From a virus: a stretch of 48,271 nucleotides of DNA. Under the pieces are notes generated by a model. That model was not told where the DNA came from. It did not search any database and was given only the letters and a program-made list of their open reading frames with translations. A program made the position numbers and the translations under genes. The stretch lies in IMG/VR virus record IMGVR_UViG_3300021082_000006; one strand, 5' to 3'. Shown in pieces: positions 32,066 to 41,300 of this stretch (position 1 is its first letter; the number at the start of each line of letters is the position of its first letter).

Positions 32066-33309
32066 ACTTTCTCACCCTGCTCCTCCTCATCGAGGGGCGC
32101 GGGACCGCAACCCCCAGCCCGGCGCCGCCGGTGGTGGCGGCGTTGCAGCCACCCCTTCCCGGCGCACTCTACGCCTCCGAGGTGCTCGCCTGGGCGCGCG
32201 ACGAGCACCCGGCGTTCGGGGACCGGCTCATTTCCATCAACCACGCGATGCGGCTGCTCTCGCGCATCCAGCATGAGCTCATGCAGGCGGCGCACCAGCG
32301 GGACAGCCAGTACTTGACGATGCGCTGGGGGGTGGCGCTGGCAATGGACGGGGCGAACAGTCTGGCGGTGGTGGGCGGGGGCACCTCCGGGGGCGTGCCG
32401 TCGCGGCCCTCGAAGTACTGGTACGAGGGGGTGCGGGCCAGTGCCGGCGCCCTGGTGCAGACCTTCAATTCGGTGCTCAACCCGGAGGGCCTCGAGGCGA
32501 CCCGCGCCGCGACCGAGTGGCCGGCAGACGGCCTCAGCCTCCGAGACGTGCTCGCCAATTTCGCCCCGGACTCCATGATCGGGCAGTTGCTCCGGGTGGT
32601 GTTCGCCACCGGGGCCGTTCAGGAACGGCGCATCACCGGCAACACCATCGACACGATTAGCTGGGGCGTGCCGCTCGAGCCGCGGGCCGACCTGACCAGC
32701 CTCTACGGAGTGTTCGAGGTGGCCCTGGTGGCGCCGGGATACCTGGGCGTGCAGACCGCCATTCCCTCGACCTTCGAGGAGCGCGGGTTCCTGGTGCGGT
32801 TCGACCCGAACGGCTCGCCGTACATCGACCTGGCGCGGCCCATCATCATCCCGGTGGCGCTGGGCATTCCGCTCCCGCCCAACTTCGGCATCCCGGACGA
32901 GGGTGATGCCGTGTGGGCAGACGGCACCCGGCAGGCCATCAAGATTCGGCCCTACTCCGACCGCCGGCAGTGGGGCCGCTGGCGCACCGCCTACGTCCAG
33001 GGACAATCGCTGTTCCTGAACGGCTCCAGCGATTGGAGCCAGGTGACGAGCCTGGACATTCCGTTCGTGCCGGTCCCGCCGCCGATCACCAGGGTGGACG
33101 TGTTCCTCATGCTGCCGGACGCGGCCCGGAGTGCCTTGGTGTTGAGCCTGGCGAAGGAAATGGGGCGCCGAGCGGTGGCGCTCGATGTGATGAAGGTGGC
33201 GGACTACCAGGAGCTCAAAGCGATGGCGGAGAGTGCGGTCGGCCTCTGGCTCGACACGGTGGGCGGGGTGGGGATGGCCCGGAAGAAGTTCATCTCGGAG
33301 GTGTGGTAA
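32062..33309 (+). CDS. Virion structural protein (415 aa).
   Basis: ATGA overlap. Structural module. Confidence 0.5.
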   Translation: MNFLTLLLLIEGRGTATPSPAPPVVAALQPPLPGALYASEVLAWARDEHPAFGDRLISINHAMRLLSRIQHELMQAAHQRDSQYLTMRWGVALAMDGANSLAVVGGGTSGGVPSRPSKYWYEGVRASAGALVQTFNSVLNPEGLEATRAATEWPADGLSLRDVLANFAPDSMIGQLLRVVFATGAVQERRITGNTIDTISWGVPLEPRADLTSLYGVFEVALVAPGYLGVQTAIPSTFEERGFLVRFDPNGSPYIDLARPIIIPVALGIPLPPNFGIPDEGDAVWADGTRQAIKIRPYSDRRQWGRWRTAYVQGQSLFLNGSSDWSQVTSLDIPFVPVPPPITRVDVFLMLPDAARSALVLSLAKEMGRRAVALDVMKVADYQELKAMAESAVGLWLDTVGGVGMARKKFISEVW

Positions 33310-34014
33310 GTGGCGACCTCAGCCGAAACCATCATCGTCGCCGCCCTGGGGCGGTCGGCCAAGAACCGCCCGGACTACCTCGCCACCAAGGCCGGGGAGC
33401 TCCTCGAGCATTGCGCGAGGGCGCTGGCGTCCTGCTATGCCGTCGCGGCGCGGATCAACCCGACCTTCTTCGCGGCGCAGGCGACGGTGCCGTACAGCCC
33501 GACCCCTGGGGGGTGGTTTCGGCCCGTCAACGCGGAGTCGGTGTTCCAGGTGGAGCACAACCTGTCCGGGCGGTGCGACGTGGTGCCGTTCGATGATGCA
33601 AGCTCGACCGGGCGCCCGCGGCTGTACGAGGTGGGCCAGGTGTTCTACAGTCTGGGCAACACCGGACAATCGACGGGAGTGGCGGACCCGCCCCAGAGCG
33701 GCAACCTGGTGTTTCTGTTTTCCGAGGCGCCGGCGACCCTGACCAGCCTGGGCCAGGTGTTCGGTTCGACGTGGCCCGACCGCTTCAACCAACTCCTGGT
33801 GGACGAGGTCGCCATCTACCTCGCCTTGAAGGACGGGCGGCAGGAGGAAATCGGGGAGCTCAAGGCGAACCGGGACGGCTGGCTCAAGCTGTTCGTGACC
33901 TTCCTCGAGCACGAAAACGCCGCAACGGTGTTCCGGCACCAGCCGCGCAGCTTCGCAGACCCCGGCCAGGTGAAACAGGGCGACCTGTTCGCCGGCGGCA
34001 CTTCCGTTGTTTGA
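33310..34014 (+). CDS. Virion structural protein (234 aa).
   Basis: GTG start directly after the upstream TAA. Confidence 0.5.
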   Translation: MATSAETIIVAALGRSAKNRPDYLATKAGELLEHCARALASCYAVAARINPTFFAAQATVPYSPTPGGWFRPVNAESVFQVEHNLSGRCDVVPFDDASSTGRPRLYEVGQVFYSLGNTGQSTGVADPPQSGNLVFLFSEAPATLTSLGQVFGSTWPDRFNQLLVDEVAIYLALKDGRQEEIGELKANRDGWLKLFVTFLEHENAATVFRHQPRSFADPGQVKQGDLFAGGTSVV

Positions 34015-35857
34015 GCGCCCGCGGATCAAGCTGCCCTTTGGCGGCGGACTCGAGCGGGCCAGCGGCCTGTCCGAGCTCGAGCCGGGCGCGTTCCGGGACC
34101 TGCGGAACGTGCAGCTCTACGACGGCAAGGCGCAGGCGCGCCAGGGCCTCGACGTGCGGAGCGCCATCACGCTCAACAACGATGGCGTGACGCCCATGAC
34201 GGACGTGCCGCACCTGTCCGCCTTCCGGGCGAACCGGGTCGGCATTGTGGTGGGCTACTACAACCCGACGCGAGTGATGCAGGTGTTCCTGACCGCCGCG
34301 ACGGGCTTGAACCCGGTCCTGGTGGACTCGACCGGCGCCAACAGCACATGGGGGACGCTGGCGGTGGACGCCGGGCGCCCGCTGGTGTTCGGCGCGGAGG
34401 TGCAGCGGCAGTATGTGCTGGCGCACGACCACCCCCTCTATACGCGCCGGCTGGTCACCCGGTACTACAACCCGCTGAACGGGGCGGGCTTCAAGCTGGT
34501 CACCCTCCAGGCCAACCTGGACAACGCCGGCAACGCCGACGTTCGGTTCCGGGGCGTGACGCGGCACCTGTCGTATCTGTTCGGCTGGGGCTTCGGCACC
34601 GCGAGCGATGCCGACCGCCCGGAGATTGTCCGCAACAGCAAGCCGGGGGAGCCGCTGGTGTTCCTGCCGGAGCACTACTTCCTCGCGGGGATTCGCGGCG
34701 AGCCGGTGGTCCGCTGTGAATCGCTGGGCCAGGCGGGGCTCCTGGTGTTCAAGGAGACGGAGTTCCACATCATCGGCGGCTACGACCGGCAGACCTTCAC
34801 GATTCAGCCGGTGGACGCCACCTACGGCCTGGGCGGGAGCCAGCTCGCGGTGGTGGTCGATGGCGTGTGCTACTTCTGGAGCCTGACCGGGCCTCGAGCG
34901 ACGACCGGCGGGCCGAGCAAGGACCTGGGCTATCCCCTCGACGTGGAGGCCCCCGCGCCGGCGGACCTGGTGGCGAGCGGCGAGGCCAGCGACGGCTTTG
35001 CGTTCTTCAATCCGCGGCGGCGGGAAGTGGCGTTCGTGTTCGGCCAGCGCGGGTACGTCCTGCACCTCCAGGGCGACCGCCCCCGCTGGAGCTACCGCTC
35101 CTACGGCATCGAGCTCCGGTGTGCGGGGACCTTCTATACCGGCAGCGGCACCGCGGTGCCGACCGGCTACCCGGATGTGTCCACCAGCGCGCCGCTGGGC
35201 GCGAGCTCGTTCCGGGTCACCTGGATCAACACCGACGCGGTGGGCGACGAGACGGTGGAGTGCTGGCTCGCTCAGGGCGCGGGCGCGTTCACCAAGGTCG
35301 CGGACCTGCCGGTGACGGACCCCCTGGTGCTCACGTCGCAGAACTACGACTTCACCGGGCTTCTGCCTGGGACCACCTACACGGCGGCGTTCCGCTACCG
35401 CCGGGCGACGTTCTTTACGGACGGTTACAACAGCACCAACCCGCTTGATTGGCCGAACGTGCCGGCCCCGCTGTCGCGGGTCACGCAGGCGACGGATGCG
35501 GCGCCGGTCCCGCCGCCCCCAGGCTCGTTCGTGCGGGCGGGCTCGCCGGTGGGCACGGAGAGCGGTGGGAAGTTTTACACCAGCTATGGCTTCTCCTGGA
35601 CGCGCACCGTGTTTGACGCGGGGAGCACGTCCGAGATTGTCGCCACGACGAGCGCGATCCCGCCGCTCGGTTCCGCGGTGGCCGGCTACAGCGGGCCAAC
35701 AAGCGTGGTCGCGACGGCCCCGAATGCGCTGGGACCGTACCTGGTGACCTCGCCGCGGAGTCAGCGGTGGTTCTGGCTCCGGCACCGCCTGTCCGATGGC
35801 ACCAAGACGGTTCCCGAGGGCTGCGCCACGAACCCCGTCACGATCAACCCGGTATGA
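34007..35857 (+). CDS. Tail structural protein with a beta-propeller-like N-terminal region and an FN3-like domain.
   Basis: SSFRVTWINTDAVGDETVECW...YDFTGLLPGTTYTAAFRYRR is FN3-like. 616 aa. Confidence 0.5.
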   Translation: MFERPRIKLPFGGGLERASGLSELEPGAFRDLRNVQLYDGKAQARQGLDVRSAITLNNDGVTPMTDVPHLSAFRANRVGIVVGYYNPTRVMQVFLTAATGLNPVLVDSTGANSTWGTLAVDAGRPLVFGAEVQRQYVLAHDHPLYTRRLVTRYYNPLNGAGFKLVTLQANLDNAGNADVRFRGVTRHLSYLFGWGFGTASDADRPEIVRNSKPGEPLVFLPEHYFLAGIRGEPVVRCESLGQAGLLVFKETEFHIIGGYDRQTFTIQPVDATYGLGGSQLAVVVDGVCYFWSLTGPRATTGGPSKDLGYPLDVEAPAPADLVASGEASDGFAFFNPRRREVAFVFGQRGYVLHLQGDRPRWSYRSYGIELRCAGTFYTGSGTAVPTGYPDVSTSAPLGASSFRVTWINTDAVGDETVECWLAQGAGAFTKVADLPVTDPLVLTSQNYDFTGLLPGTTYTAAFRYRRATFFTDGYNSTNPLDWPNVPAPLSRVTQATDAAPVPPPPGSFVRAGSPVGTESGGKFYTSYGFSWTRTVFDAGSTSEIVATTSAIPPLGSAVAGYSGPTSVVATAPNALGPYLVTSPRSQRWFWLRHRLSDGTKTVPEGCATNPVTINPV

Positions 35858-36360
35858 GCGCGACCGAGCTGGCGCTGTTTGTCGGCCAAGGGCTGGGCAA
35901 CGCGCTGTGCCTGGTGGACTCCGGCATCACGGACAACGAGGTGCGCTTCGAGGTGATTGCGACGACTGACCCGGTAACCCCGGATGGCGAGGGCGGGGAG
36001 TCGGTGTTCTGCGGGCTGTGGATCACGGTGACGCACACGATGGGGTGCCGGCTCAAGATCACGCCCTTTGTCGATATGGTGGCGAAGCCGGTGACGACCT
36101 GGGACCTCCCGAGCCTGGTGACGCGGGCCATCGAAACGCGGGAAGTGCCGATCAACGACGTGCTCTACGACAGCATCGACCCGAGCGTGGAGCTCGCCCG
36201 ATTCTTTGCTCGCGGGCGCCGCATTCAGGTGAAGGTCGAGGTGCAGGTGCTCGAGGGCCTCTTTTATGTGGCCGGCGTAGGCGGTGGGGACCTCATCATC
36301 GAAAGCATCGAGATCGAGACGGACAAGGTGCAGGAGAGTCAGGAGACGGTGGCCGCATGA
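35854..36360 (+). CDS. Structural-module protein (168 aa).
   Basis: ATGA overlap. Confidence 0.55.
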   Translation: MSATELALFVGQGLGNALCLVDSGITDNEVRFEVIATTDPVTPDGEGGESVFCGLWITVTHTMGCRLKITPFVDMVAKPVTTWDLPSLVTRAIETREVPINDVLYDSIDPSVELARFFARGRRIQVKVEVQVLEGLFYVAGVGGGDLIIESIEIETDKVQESQETVAA

Positions 36361-36566
36361 AGCTGAGTCAGGTGCGGTGCCAACTGTTCACCGGGGTGAC
36401 GGCGCAGGTTATGTCCGACGTGAACAACTTCACTCGCGGGCTCTCGGTGACGATTACCTCCGCGGCGCCGGCGGGATTCGTGAGGGACCAGACGTTCATC
36501 GACGCGCAAATCAGCAGCGACGGCACCGCGGGCAACATGCAGGTGGCGCTCTTTTACACGGAGTAA
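36357..36566 (+). CDS. Small structural-module protein (69 aa).
   Basis: ATGA overlap. Confidence 0.5.
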   Translation: MKLSQVRCQLFTGVTAQVMSDVNNFTRGLSVTITSAAPAGFVRDQTFIDAQISSDGTAGNMQVALFYTE

Positions 36567-36571
36567 CGGTC

Positions 36572-37105
36572 ATGGGCAAGAAAAAGAACGTATTCGACCA
36601 GGACGCCATCAGCCGGCAGCTCCAGAGCGAGGCGACCCGCTTGGGCGGCGGCAACGTCGAGCGGGGCGCCTACGAGGGCTACAAGGGGTGGGACCCCAGC
36701 AAGCAGTTCCAGGACTTCGCCGCGGCGGGGCTGGCGGGCGCGAAGGATCAAATCGGCATCCAGCTCGGGGACCTCGCCGGCAAGGCCGCGGGGAACGGGC
36801 GGCTCAACACCGGCTACTTCGACCTCGACCAGGGCGACGTGGTGCGGAATGTCTACGGGGACTACGCCCGTGGCGTGCAGCAGGCGGGGCTCCAGACCGC
36901 CGGGATGCTCCAGCAGAAGAACCAGGACCTCCTGGGCTACGGCCAGGAGCGCCGGAACACCTACCTCGACCTCCTGACCGGCAACGCCGACCGGGCGACC
37001 GCGGAGGCGAAGGCCAACAAGAAGAAGGGGTTCCTCGGGACCCTGGGGGACATTTTCAAGACGGGCGCGGGCGTGGCGGGCAGCATCCTCAAGCCGGGCA
37101 TCTAA
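36572..37105 (+). CDS. Putative internal virion / ejection protein (177 aa).
   Basis: Position upstream of the giant gene. Gly/Ala/Gln-rich. Confidence 0.4.
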   Translation: MGKKKNVFDQDAISRQLQSEATRLGGGNVERGAYEGYKGWDPSKQFQDFAAAGLAGAKDQIGIQLGDLAGKAAGNGRLNTGYFDLDQGDVVRNVYGDYARGVQQAGLQTAGMLQQKNQDLLGYGQERRNTYLDLLTGNADRATAEAKANKKKGFLGTLGDIFKTGAGVAGSILKPGI

Positions 37106-37117
37106 GGGGACACGAAC

Positions 37118-38329
37118 ATGGGCCGATTCAGTCCGACCGTCCTGCCGGAGCGCGACGACCCGTTCGGGGAGTTCGTGGGGGACCTGGGCGAGGGGGTGCT
37201 CAACTACGCGACCGCCCGCCGGCTCAAGAAGGGCGGGGAGCGGGAGCAGGAGCGCCTCGAGCTCGCCAAGAAGGGCCAGGCCGACAACCTCGAGCTCCAA
37301 AAGGCGCAGAACGCGCTCGAGGAGGCCCGCTGGCAGCAGGCCCAGCGCCAACAGCAGGCCCGGCTCGGCACGCAGGGCATCGTGCCGGAGGAGGAGTCCG
37401 GCACGCGCACGCCCGTGAAGGTGGGTGGCCGCAACGTCACCCTGCCCGACCTGGCGGCGGCGACCGGGCAGGGGTGGGGCGGTGGTCCGCAGGACGTGAC
37501 CAATTTCACGCGAAACAAGGGGGCCTTCACGGTGGGCGGCGGCTACGCCTACGACCCCTCGAGGGACGTGAGCCGCGTCCAGCAGCAAGACTTGGCCGAC
37601 CGCTCCCTCGCCCAGCGGCAGCAGGAGCAGGCCCGGCAGCGGGCCGCACTCATCGCTCGCGGCTACTCGGAGGCGGACGCGGACCTGGTGGTGCAGGGCG
37701 GAGTGGGCGCGGAGAAGATCGGGCCGCTCGCGGCGGAGGGCGAGGAGCGCGACATCAAGCGGTACAAGGCGACGGTGCTCGCCCGTGAGCTCCAGGAGCA
37801 GTCGGGCGCCAACTGGCGGGACACGCATGGGCCGAACGCGGGCAACGCGGTCAACCCGGCGACCGGCATGACGAAGTACCAGGAGGCGCAGCTCCGCCGG
37901 CAGGACCTCCAGATTCAGGAGCAGCGGGACCAAACCGACCTCAAGACGGCGGACGAAACCTGGAAGCCGGACCCGATTATGAACCGCCCGCGGACGGCGG
38001 CGGACACGACGAAGATGGAGCAGGCTGACTCGATCCGTGGTGCGGTGCGGCAGCGCCGGGCGGGGCGGCAGTACGAGCCGCTGTTCGGGGGTGGGTCGCC
38101 CGCGGCCCAAGCGCCCGAGCAGCCGGGCCGGTTCGCGCCGAAGTCAGAGCTCACGGGGAGGCCGCAACTGTACGGCCCGCAGGCCACCCCGCAGCCGACC
38201 AAGGGTCCGCTCGGGGCGGACGGGACGCGCAAGCCGCCGCGTCAGCGCGCCGAGGAGCTCCGTAAGGCCGGGTTCCGCGGCGAGCAGATCAAGAGCCAGC
38301 TCCGCACCGAGGGATACGCGGTCAAGTGA
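37118..38329 (+). CDS. Putative internal virion / ejection protein (403 aa, Gln/Arg/Glu-rich).
   Basis: Position and composition. Confidence 0.4.
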   Translation: MGRFSPTVLPERDDPFGEFVGDLGEGVLNYATARRLKKGGEREQERLELAKKGQADNLELQKAQNALEEARWQQAQRQQQARLGTQGIVPEEESGTRTPVKVGGRNVTLPDLAAATGQGWGGGPQDVTNFTRNKGAFTVGGGYAYDPSRDVSRVQQQDLADRSLAQRQQEQARQRAALIARGYSEADADLVVQGGVGAEKIGPLAAEGEERDIKRYKATVLARELQEQSGANWRDTHGPNAGNAVNPATGMTKYQEAQLRRQDLQIQEQRDQTDLKTADETWKPDPIMNRPRTAADTTKMEQADSIRGAVRQRRAGRQYEPLFGGGSPAAQAPEQPGRFAPKSELTGRPQLYGPQATPQPTKGPLGADGTRKPPRQRAEELRKAGFRGEQIKSQLRTEGYAVK

Positions 38330-41300
38330 GCCCACTCCAGGGGCCGGACGACCCCAAGAAGAAGAAGCCCCCTCAGCCCGTCGTGGCGGAGGAGCCGTTC
38401 GACGTGGACGCCTTCGAGGCCGAGGCCGGGCAGCAGCCGGTGGCGGTCGAGGAGGAGCCGTTCGACGTTGATGCGTTCGAGGCGGAGGGCAACGTCGCCC
38501 AGGCCACCTTCGAGCCGGTGGAGACGCGCCCGGAGCGGGCGCGAGTCAACCTCAACCTGGGCCAGCCGGTTCAGGACCATTCCCCGATTCAGCGCGCCAT
38601 CCAGGGCACGCCGCGCCTGTCCGAACGCATCCCGACCGACAAGCCGGGGACCCTCGGGACGCTCAGTGCGATGGCGAGCGAGGTGGCAACGCAGAACGAG
38701 AACGCGGTGCGCGGCGGTGCCAAAGCCTGGTTCGGGGCGCCCGTCGAGGTGCAGGGGATGCTGCGGCGGATCACGGACGCGGCCAAGGCGACGGAAGCGC
38801 AGCCCGATGGGCTCGAGTTCGGGTTCGGAGACTACCGCTTGCGGCCAGGGCGGACGCTGCCGGCGGTGGGCAAGGCGCTTGAGGAGGTCGCGCCGACCGA
38901 GGAGAGCCTGGCCGGGCAAGAGAAGGTGGTGGAGGGTGTGTTCCAGCCCGAGGGTCCCGCCGGCAAGGCGGGCGAGGTGCTGGGCGGGTTCGCCACCGTG
39001 GCCGCGGAGTACGGCATGGTGGGGCGGGCCACCCGCGGGCTCATGGGGGAGGGGTCCTTCCTGGCCCGGCTGGCGGCACAGGGGCCGCTCGGGACGGCCA
39101 CCGCGAACGCGCTGGTGGTGGCGCCCGCGGACGTGGCCTTCGGGGTGGCCGACCCGTACCCGTCGTTTGTCGAGCGGTTCGGGGAGGTGGGCGGGCGCGC
39201 CGCCTCCGCCGGCGTCAACGTCCTCGCCAACGTGGCGGCGGAGTACGGCCTCCACGCCGCGGCGGACATTACCGGCAGGAAGGCCCGGAACGCCCGCGAC
39301 TACGGGGATATGCGCCGGGTGGGCGAGAGCCTGGACGACCTGGGCCGCATCGAAGCCAGCATGAAGGTGCAGGAGTCGGCGGTGATGCAGGGCCGGAGCG
39401 ACCTGTCCAACGCGCTCGAGGAAATGCTCAACCGGAAGCGGGCCGAGGAGCTCGCGGCCCGGCAGGCGCAGGAAGCCGCCCAGGCCGCGGTCCAGAACGA
39501 GCCCCCGAGCCCGATGGGTTCGCTCCTCCGCGGGGCGGACGAGGAGCTCCTCGAGGGCCAGCGGGGCGCCGCGGCCCGGCGCGGGAACGCGGCGGAGGAA
39601 GCCGCCAAGGCCGCGGAGGCGGAGCAGGCCAGGGAGGCGCTCGCCAACGCCATCCGGGGCTTCCACGAAGCCGGCGGAGTGGCACCGGTCGAGGGGGCGG
39701 CGACCCCCTTCCAGCGCAACTACGAGAGCATTTTCGCCAAGGCGGACGAGGTGCTCCCGGCAGAACCACCCGGCGAGCCGCCGGCAGACGCGGGTGGAGC
39801 TGCCGAGGCGGAGCCGCCCGCCTGGGACGCCCACATGACGCCCATCGAGCGGGAGGACCTCCGCACGCGGGTGCAGAGCGAGCCGCGCCTGACGGACTTT
39901 GACGACGACGACATTCTCGATGCCCGGATGCGCCAGAAGGACCAGGTGCCGGTGGACTACAGCCAGACCCCGGAGGGCCTCGAGAAGCGCCAGGCGAACG
40001 TGGAAACGCTGCTCGACAACCGGGGCGAGGCGGAGTTCGGGGGTGAGCTGGGCGACATTCCGGGCCGGGCCGAGGCCCCGCACCGGGCCGGCGAAGTGCC
40101 GGAGCTCCACATCCTGACGGGCTCACCCGGCAGCGGCAAGAGCACCATTGTGAAGGGCCTCATCCAGGACGAGGGGATGTTGGGCGCGACCCTGGTGGAC
40201 ACGGACGAAGGGAAGAAGCTGATCGAGGGGTTCGATGAAGGCCGCGGGGCCAACCTCGTCCACAAAGAGTCGCAGGCGCACTGGCGGGAGCTGATGGACC
40301 GGGGCCAGGCCGAGGGCCGCGACCTAATCATGCCGACCGTGGGCACCAACCAGGCGGTGCTCGAGGGCATCATCCAGCGGGCGAAGCAGCGGGGATACGA
40401 GGTATTCCTGCACCACGTCGATATACCAAAGGCGGAAGCGGGTAAACGGGCGGTGGCGCGGTTCCGCGACCGCACTGGTAAACTTGCGCGGTTCGTAGAC
40501 CCCCACTACGTTGTGAATGTGGTCGGGGATGCGCCGCGGGAGGTACACGGGCGCGTCAAGCGGCTCCCGGAGCTCTCCGGGACGCGGCACCTGGACAACA
40601 TGGTACCGAGAGGATCGAAGCCCAATGTCATCGAAGGGACCGGGCGCTACGCCCCCACCGGGGGAGAAGCCGCGGAACTACGGGCCGGGGGTGGGACCCT
40701 GGACGAAGGACTCGGAGGAGCTGGCGCTGGAGGTGTGGGAGAAGGCGGCGCAGACGCAACGGGGCTTCCCGCCCCCGCCGCCCCCGAGCCCGCGGCGCCG
40801 CAAGCGCCCCGCCCCCGAATCAGGGGAGTAGAAGGACCCGAATCTCGCGTCACGCTGGCGGACGGCACCAAGTACCCGGTGACCTTCCGCATCGTGGAAG
40901 CGGGGGACCTCCAGCCGTCCCACAACGCCCAGACCTTCGAGCCCAACCCCGTGTATCCCAAGGGGGTCCAGGGCCGGCGGTACCACGCCGACCGCGCCGC
41001 CCAGGAGAACGTGGTCGAGGCGGCGACCAAGCTCGACGCGGACCTCCTCCTCAACGACACCGGCACCGCCGAGGGCACGCCCATCGTCACCGGGGGCGGC
41101 ACCGTGCTGTCCGGGAACCAGCGCACCATGACGCTCCAGCGGGCCGCGGCGGTGGACATTGCCGAGCCCGGCAACCGCTTCGAGATGTATGTGGATGCGT
41201 TGCGGGAGCGGCTGGAGTCGCTGGGCCTGCCCGAGGACGCGCTCGACCAGTTCGAGAACCCGGTGCTGGTGCGGGAGGTGTCGGCGGAGCATGTGGACCC

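Noticed and set aside
38242-40110. A 622-aa minus-strand ORF, and similar long minus-strand ORFs at 1483-3132, 16908-18020, 18768-20099, 22178-24208, 25831-27969, 29134-30555, 33884-35785 and 36554-38110.
   Set aside because: All lie opposite well-supported + strand genes such as portal, capsid and terL. In a ~67% G+C genome stop codons are rare in antisense frames, and the translations are Arg/Pro/His-rich and repetitive.
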